Source: Raja brachyura (Eukaryota). From it: a DNA stretch of 64,000 nt. Position numbers and translations under genes: made by a program. The stretch spans positions 98,208,001 through 98,272,000 of the forward strand of contig OY740781.1 of assembly GCA_963514005.1 (NCBI GenBank), in the 5' to 3' direction. How positions within the stretch are numbered: the stretch's first letter is position 1; each line of letters starts with the position of its first letter. The notes under the pieces are model-generated. The model did not search any database, was not told the DNA's origin, and saw only the letters and a program-made list of their open reading frames with translations. This document shows, piece by piece, positions 57,057 to 64,000 of this stretch.

Positions 57057-57934
57057 GCTGTGATTTTTGGCCATCTTATTCATAGTTCCCCTCTGCTCAT
57101 CAGGTGCTGAGGATTTTCCCATCGATTAAAAATAAAAGAGTTATTAGTGTTTAACAAATCTTGAGATTCTCTCTCCTGTCAATCACCATGATTAAGGCCA
57201 CGCCCCTTCCAGGGGTGGGGGAGGGGCTATAAAACCCCAAAGTCTGGACTTGGCTCTGTCTGCAAGATGGTGAGGGAGAGGTCTCGACTCTCAGTCTGAG
57301 CTGGGAATCTATAGAACACTGAGTGTCTACTGGCCTGTGAGTGCCCGTAATGTGGTTTGAAAATGTGTTTTTTTAGATCAGACTGTGTTTACTGCAAAAG
57401 TCCCGTTCATTCCTGGATGTAGTGGACAGGTCGCGCTGAACAACTCATAATTTCCGGCGAGTGCTGAGGTCGTGCTGAATGCGGAAGTGGTGCTGACTGC
57501 AGAAAGCACATAGTGGAGAAGTCGCGTTGAGCCATTTGAGTATTCAAAAAAGTTTACTGCCATCTATATAATTAAAAGTCTCATCTTGACCACTGCGTTG
57601 TCTGCGTTGTATTTTAATTTTAGAAAAAAATCGCTACCATATATGGCTGTGATGTTTGGCCATCTTACTCACAGTCCTCCTCCGCTGTGCAGGCCCTGAG
57701 GATTTTTCCAATCGATGAAAAATAAAAGAGTTATGAGTGTTTAAAAACCTTGAGATTCTCTCTCCTGTCAATCACGCGATGAAGGTAATGCCCATTCCGG
57801 GGGGGAGGGGGGGCAGGACTATAAAACCGGATGCCTGGACATGACTCAGTTTCTCTGCAGGATCGCGAGGGAGAGGCCACGGCTCACATTCTGCTGTGAA
57901 CCAGCTGAAATGTAAGTCTTCAATGTACTTGAAT

Positions 57935-58322
57935 AAACTGCAATGGCAATCGAAATGAAATGAAAACGCAATGAGCTGTTTGGCCTACCCTGTGCTTTGA
58001 AACTGCAATGGCAATTGAAATGAAATGAAAATGCAATGACCTCTTTGGCCTGCCCTATGCTTTGAAACTGCAATGGCAATGCAAATGAAAAGAAAAAGAT
58101 GAAATATGTCTAAAATTGATTCTTCACCCTCTCCCCTTTCTCTCTCACAGACTCTCACCTGTTTTGGGCCGAATTTATGGCAGTTTCTGAGCTGCCAGCC
58201 CACCATCCCTGAATGACTGAGCTGCTAGCCCACCAGGCCTGCATGACTGAGCTGCCAGCCCACCAGGCCTGAGTGAGTGAGCTGCCAGCCCACCAGGCCT
58301 GAGTGACTAAGCTGCTAGCCCA
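57935..58322. repeat. Helitron-internal tandem repeats (about 60-bp units at 57935-58095; 31-bp unit x4 at 58188-58322)
   Basis: aaactgcaatggcaat recurs three times. tgagctgccagcccaccaggcctgagtgac unit. Confidence 0.85.
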
Positions 58323-61054
58323 AGAATCCATTTAACCCATAATGTCCATAGTAGCCCTCTGGAAACCAGTCCCTTCAGCCCATAACACCCATACTAGCAC
58401 TCCAGAAAGCCCCGCACTGGCCACCAATATTGGAATTGGTGGAGAGGTGGAATATTGCGTTGGGGGAACAGCCCTCTCGTGTGAACATGGGACCCAACAG
58501 GTCCCACTTAGTCTAGTGTACATTAAAAACAAGAGGGTAATCAGGAAGAAGGTAGGACCACGAAAGGATAAAGGAGGGATGAAGTAAGAGGTAGGCAATG
58601 TACTAAATGAGTACTTTATAAATGAGTACTTAATGAGTACTTTATAAATGAGTACTTAAAGTAAATGACTGCTTTGTATTCACCATGAAGAAGGGCAATA
58701 AGGACACGAAGGACAATCAGATCAGTGTGGAGAATTTTAATTTCAATAGTGGGATTTAAGAGACTTTCAGATAAGCCCATGGATATGCAGAGAATGGAGG
58801 TATAGTATGTGAATCATGTGCAGAAGAGATTAGTTTAAAGTGACAGCATGTTCTAAATACAATATTTTCTCCTATGCATGAAAACATGAGCTAAATGCCA
58901 AAGTAGGATTCTTCTAACTACAACACTGTGAATCCTCTCAAGTGTTATAGTGCTAAATTTGACAGGAATCTTCACCCTCAGGCTGGAAATTCCTAACAAG
59001 AACTTTCTGTATGCTGTTATTTTCAAAGTCTCCCTATCCTATCTCTATTGGTTCCATCTGCCCATCATCTCTCCCTTATATTTTCCAGCTATCACCATCC
59101 TTACTTATCAGAATCCAGAATTTCCAGCCCTTTCTTGTCTCCACCTATCTTCCAGCATTTGATACTACCTCCAGCCCCAACATTCCCACTCTCCTCTCTA
59201 TACAGGTTAATGACCCTCGGCATTCTCAATCTTGAAGCAGAGCCTCTACTTGAACATTAGTTATCCAAAATTGTTGCCTGAACCATTGAATTGATCTAGG
59301 AGTTTGTAATTTGCTATGAAAAAAGGTGAGACAATTCTCACCTGGATTGTGAATTTGTTTTCTAATTCAAAGGGCCTTGTTTGGCTGGATTAGAGCATAC
59401 TAGCTATAAGGAGCGGTTGGACAGAATTTGATTATTTTTTCTGAAATGCTAGTTGAGGGGAGACCTGATCAAAGTATATAAAATCATGAGAGATGATGAC
59501 AGCTCTCTTTAAAGGGCCAAAGGACATATGCAGGGCAGATTTTTTACAGAGTGGTGGATGCTGGAACACGCTGCCTAGGAGGTAATGAAGGCAGATACAG
59601 ATGTTTCTGTGTTGTATTGTTCTATCTTATATATTCTATGTTAATATTACATGTCAATATTCAATTTTAATGTTAGCTGTCATTTTCTAAACATAAAATA
59701 TCTCATTATTCACTATTGCTTTACAAACAAGAGCATACGTGGATTTTAGTGTACTCCAAATGAACAGCTTCAGCAAATATCTAGCAAGTGATGAAAATGT
59801 TTTGCTTGGCATTCACCACCTTTAAATATTTCCTGATGTTCTCAACTAATTATACTATGATCTGGCTTCCATTTTATAACTGCCAGATTTATGCATTTTA
59901 AGAAGCTCTATCACTTTGCATCTTTTATATTAGATATTTAGATCAGCAATTAAAACTCCCTCCCATTCTGGGACCAACTTCACCAGAAAAATTATCGCAG
60001 TTTGTTCAAAGTCACCTCTCAAGGGCTAATGGGGAAAGGTAGTAAATGCTGGTCTTTCATGTAACACCAAAAACCACAAAACATATTAAAATAAACAAAT
60101 TCCTTGAAAACAAATGTTATTTAATTTACGACCTGTGAGTACAGCCATTTGTATAACACTGTTTTTTACCAGTCTCCTGGGTTTTAATTTTTGCTTCTTG
60201 AGAACATCAACCAATCTTGAGGCTTCACTAATATTAAAGGCTTGCTCCAAATGCCAAATGTTTTCATATTATTTTATCAAAGTTAAGGAGACACTATGAC
60301 AATTATTTTCTTCAATCAAGACTGTACTTTCCCTTGAAGATACACACAAAATGCTGGATTAACTCAGCAGGTCCGGCAACATCTCTGGATAAAAGGAATA
60401 CATGGCGTTTCAGATCAAGGCCCTTCTTAACAGATGTTAAATCAGCATCCCACCTGAATGAATACTTTTATAGAGATTGGCTTGTTTGGAGTCTTTTGTA
60501 ATGATTTTTGTTTTGAAACATTTGGTGTTCTGATATTCTCTATTGAATTATTCCATAACCTGCTCTGAGTAATCAGAAGCTCCACACTGTGATCAGACTC
60601 TTTCCTCCCTTGGCCCTACTACAAGGCAGGATGCATAGAGGAAACTGCTCTAAGGACCTATTCAATCAATAAGAAATGCAGGGCTTCCAAAGTACAGGTC
60701 ATGAAATACTCACAATGGCACATTTCCAATTGTGATAAAGACATTATAATTTTAATTGTAATTAACCTTTAAATTCTGTTTGTAGATTTAATCAAATGCA
60801 AAGCAGCAGTCTATTTAAAGATAAAAATAGGCTTAGCTCATCTGAATAGTTTGTTGTATCCATTAACCTCAATGTACAACTCCCCATGATAATTCTGCTG
60901 AAAGCAATGTGGTTATCATGGTCCACCATATGGCCTGTTATCATCAAACTGTTGTTAAAGGTTTTTTACCTCTGCTTAGAAACTTCTTCTATGTAGATAT
61001 GCGGCAAAGGTACTTAGAAAATAGAACATAGAACCTTGCAGCACAGGAAACATG

Positions 61055-61890
61055 GTATGTCAATGAATACTCTCTTGAAACTCAACAGGTGTATGGTAGA
61101 GAGTATATTGACTCTCTACCATGTTGTGTCGGAATGAACTGCAATTGATGGTGTCTACACTGAAGATAGACACAAAATGTTGGAATACCTCAGCGTGTCA
61201 GGCAGTATCTCTGGAGAAAAGGAATAGGTGATGTTTCAGGTCTTTCTTCAGACTTTCTTCAGGTAGTATCAAATGCTGGTTCTCACTTGCATCTCAGCCT
61301 GGTTTAATCACCTCGTGTGAAGGAGATTACAAATGTCCCATGTTCCAAAATGCCATCTCTAATCAAAACTTTTGAGCATGTTAAATCTAATAATGTAACT
61401 TACCTATAACATTTCTGTGTCAATGGAAATAGTATCTAAGAATGCCAGAATGCCAAATGCCAAAATGTTGGAGACAGTATCCTTCACAGATACTGACCTC
61501 CGCACCATCGAAGAGATTCAAAAGATGCGCTGCCTTAAAATGACTGTCACAATAATCAAGGACCCACACTACCCTGGACACGCTTTAATTTCACTCCTGC
61601 CATTGGGAAGAAGGTATAGGAGTCTGAAAACTGTTCCCTCCAGGTTCAGGAACAGCTTCTCCCCAACAACCATCATGCTATTGAACAACTAAGCTTCAAA
61701 CTTTAAACTGTGCTGGTTGCATTCGGGACTTTGTGCTTTATTTTTTTGCTTAAATATTTTCTAATTTATTGAACCGTTTTATTTTATTTTATTTGGTATC
61801 TATTGAGTACTGCGCTTACAGACCCGTTAGCTGCTGAAAGTAAGAATTTCAGTGTTTTTGTTCGGTATAGTTGACAGTATACTTGAACAG
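61055..61890 (+). mobile_element. Rex1/Babar-type LINE 3' fragment, interrupted
   Basis: IIKDPHYPGHALISLLPLGRRYRSLKT..SRFRNSFSP in ORF 61417..61692. Confidence 0.75.
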
Positions 61891-62107
61891 ACCTTTCAGC
61901 CCACAATGGCCTTGCCAAAAAAGATGCCAAGGTATGCTAATTTATTGTGCACCAACAAAAGTCCATCCTCTTAAGCATGAAATACATTGTTTTTGCCATA
62001 GCTGTGTGTGCATTCATGTGAGCACACATGCTTGCGTGTCTCAATGCTCATGTTGTGATTCAGCTTGGACAACAACATCATGTGGTACATATGCTTCTCA
62101 GTATTGT

Positions 62108-62923
62108 GTGGCGCCACGTGCGGCAGCCTTGCCAGCAGTCTGTTTGTCATTTCACCCTTTTTGTTATTTTTAGTCTGTTTAAAAGTATGTATTTGGAGGT
62201 TTCTCAGTCTTTTTTATGTGGGAGAGATGAGGGGGGAATGGGGATACCGTTTCTCAGTCACTTCCTGGACGAAGGTGGGTCTATTCTTCAAGTCACATCT
62301 TCGTCCCCTCCCTTGTGGCCTACCATCTTGGCATGACCTTTCCTGCTGGCGACCGACCAGAGCTTCAGCAGCGGCGCAGCACTGAGTTACCATCGCGGAG
62401 CGGGCGATGCCTTACCGGGGATCGCCGTGTTGAAGCTCCTGCTGTTTAATACTGTGGAGCAGTGGTTTATGGAGCATTTAGCCACGGATGGCGCTGACTT
62501 TAACATCATGGAGTCCTGGGATCCTTTGCCGAGGGTCGCCAGTTTTGGAGCTCTGCCCAGCTCGGCCTGTGGACTTCGGGAGCCGTGGTCTCCAGCAAGA
62601 AGTGGTCGATTCGTAAATTCCAAGCCGCTGACAGTGTTGTTCCATTCCGACGTCGGAGTTCCGATCATCCTGGCAAGAGGGTCTGAACATCAGGCCGCCA
62701 TAGCAGCGACTGCAGAGGGTACAAAGGCCCCGATCACGTGTGAGCAACGAGGAAGATGACTGAACTTTATTGCCTTCCCTCATAGTGGAAAACCTTGATT
62801 CCGCTGTGTGGAAATGTTCATGGTAAATTCTGTTCTTTTTATTTGTATGGCTGTATGGTAACTCAAATCTCACTGCACCAATTGATGCATGTGACAATAA
62901 TTGTAACTTGAACTTGAACTTGA
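62108..62923 (+). mobile_element. GC-rich SINE-like family, copy E (apparently full length)
   Basis: Head as in copies B and D. Tail ctcactgcaccaattgatgcatgtgacaataa plus (ACTTGA)n. Confidence 0.78.
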
Positions 62924-63594
62924 AGTAAGTTTAAGAATCACAACTCAGCAGATCACGCAGGATCTCTATAGAACATGGATAGGTGACATTTAGGGTCCCA
63001 ACATGAAAAGTTGTCTATCCATGTCCTCCAGAGATGTTGCGTGACTCACTGAGTTATTCCGGCACTTAGTGTTTTAGATTGTAAGCTTTAAACTTTAATT
63101 CTTTTGGATGCATGTTTGCTCGTGACTCAGTGTATTGTTAGTGGTATTACTAATCTCTGTTTTCAAATTAGATTCTCTTCAAATTTGTTGATAATATTGA
63201 TGGCTCATATGGCAATTTGTACATGAAACACAAAGAACTGAAGATGCTGGTTTACAAAAAAAAAAACAAAGTGCTGGAGTATCTCAGCAGGTCAGGCAGC
63301 ATCTCTGGGGGACATAGATAGGCGACATTTAGGTTTTTGACCCAAAATTGCCATCTCCTAGCAAAGCTTTTGAGCATGTTAAATCTGAAATATGACCTTC
63401 CCTATAACATTGTCTGTGTCAATGGAAATAGTATCTAAGAATGCCACAATATTTTACCCAGCTGCAGACTTCATTCAAAAAGTTGCAGCCCCCAAGACTG
63501 TGAAATGGAGTCTTAAATGCACTGGTGAAATCTTATCATTCAAATGTTAGTGTTGCAAACTAATGTTTAAATGCTGAGGGTTTAAATAAGCTTA

Positions 63595-63825
63595 GAATGG
63601 CAGAACAGCTGATAACGCTACTGACTCACAGTGCTGGAGATCCGGAATTAATCCTGACTTTGGATGTTGGCTGTATCAAGTTCTCCCGGTGACTTCGGGA
63701 GTTTCCTTTTGATACTCTGGTTTGCTCCCACATCTCAAAGACTTGAAGGTTTCTACGTAAATTCTCCTCTGTAAAAAATTGGCCCTTGGGTGTAGGGAGT
63801 ACAAAAGTGGGATAACATGGGATAA
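63595..63825 (+). mobile_element. Decayed V-SINE/HE1-like SINE
   Basis: ctcacagtgc..gttctccc..ggtttgctcccacatctcaaagac, similar to 33535-33760. Confidence 0.65.
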
Positions 63826-63934
63826 TTTAATTATTTATCTACTTGGCATTAGTGATGTGATCTGCACAATTTGAAATATCCTAATTGCATGATGATTAAT
63901 TTAGGCATTCCGAAAATCGAACTTGTCAATTGGA

Positions 63935-64000
63935 CATAGACATAAACATAGACATAGAAAATAGGTGCAGGAGCAGGCCATTCGGCCATTCGAGCCAGCA
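63935..64000 (-). mobile_element. CR1 3' tail (continues beyond window)
   Basis: catagaaaataggtgcaggagcaggccattcggcc. Confidence 0.85.

Larger units (their letters stand above)
54679..58516 (+). mobile_element. Non-autonomous Helitron (composite, two 5' heads)
   Basis: A|TCTATATAATTAAAAG start. Subterminal hairpin tgggacc/ggtccca at 58488-58506. CTAG|T end, no TSD. Second head at 57563. Confidence 0.92.
54450..58860 (+). mobile_element. Old CR1 fragment (54450-54678 and 58517-58860) split by a Helitron
   Basis: Removing 54679-58516 restores gct ttt tat a|tg tac att aaa aac aag agg (AFYMYIKNKR..KVGP). Confidence 0.8.

Overview
Eukaryotic, repeat-dense, apparently gene-free window (intergenic or deep intronic). 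The repeat types (HE1/V-SINE-like tRNA SINEs, CR1 LINEs with (TTTCTATG)n and (GTTATATG)n tails) point to a cartilaginous fish, probably a skate or ray (inference). No host gene, rRNA, true tRNA gene or CRISPR array could be supported, and every long ORF is transposon-derived. The window holds two decayed DIRS1-type tyrosine-recombinase retrotransposons with readable ITR/ICR architecture, plus a third fragment. A Tc1 element contains a CR1, which in turn contains a younger CR1 and a Penelope element. A non-autonomous Helitron family is present, one copy inserted at an A|T site in a CR1 and itself carrying an RT-deleted L1. Harbinger MITEs, Rex/Babar and RTE fragments, and many SINEs fill the rest. 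The most interesting signals are structural. (1) A ~140-bp TSD-flanked SINE, present twice, whose first ~55 nt fold into a minimal CPEB3/HDV-like self-cleaving ribozyme. (2) A GC-rich SINE-like family with a covarying hairpin and exchangeable tails. (3) Phase-compatible splice signals that would fuse DIRS Gag to the recombinase. (4) An ATTTTA crossover core at all DIRS junctions. (5) Double-headed and fold-back Helitron ends. (6) Several local templated insertions. Coordinates were counted by eye, and old repeat boundaries are approximate.
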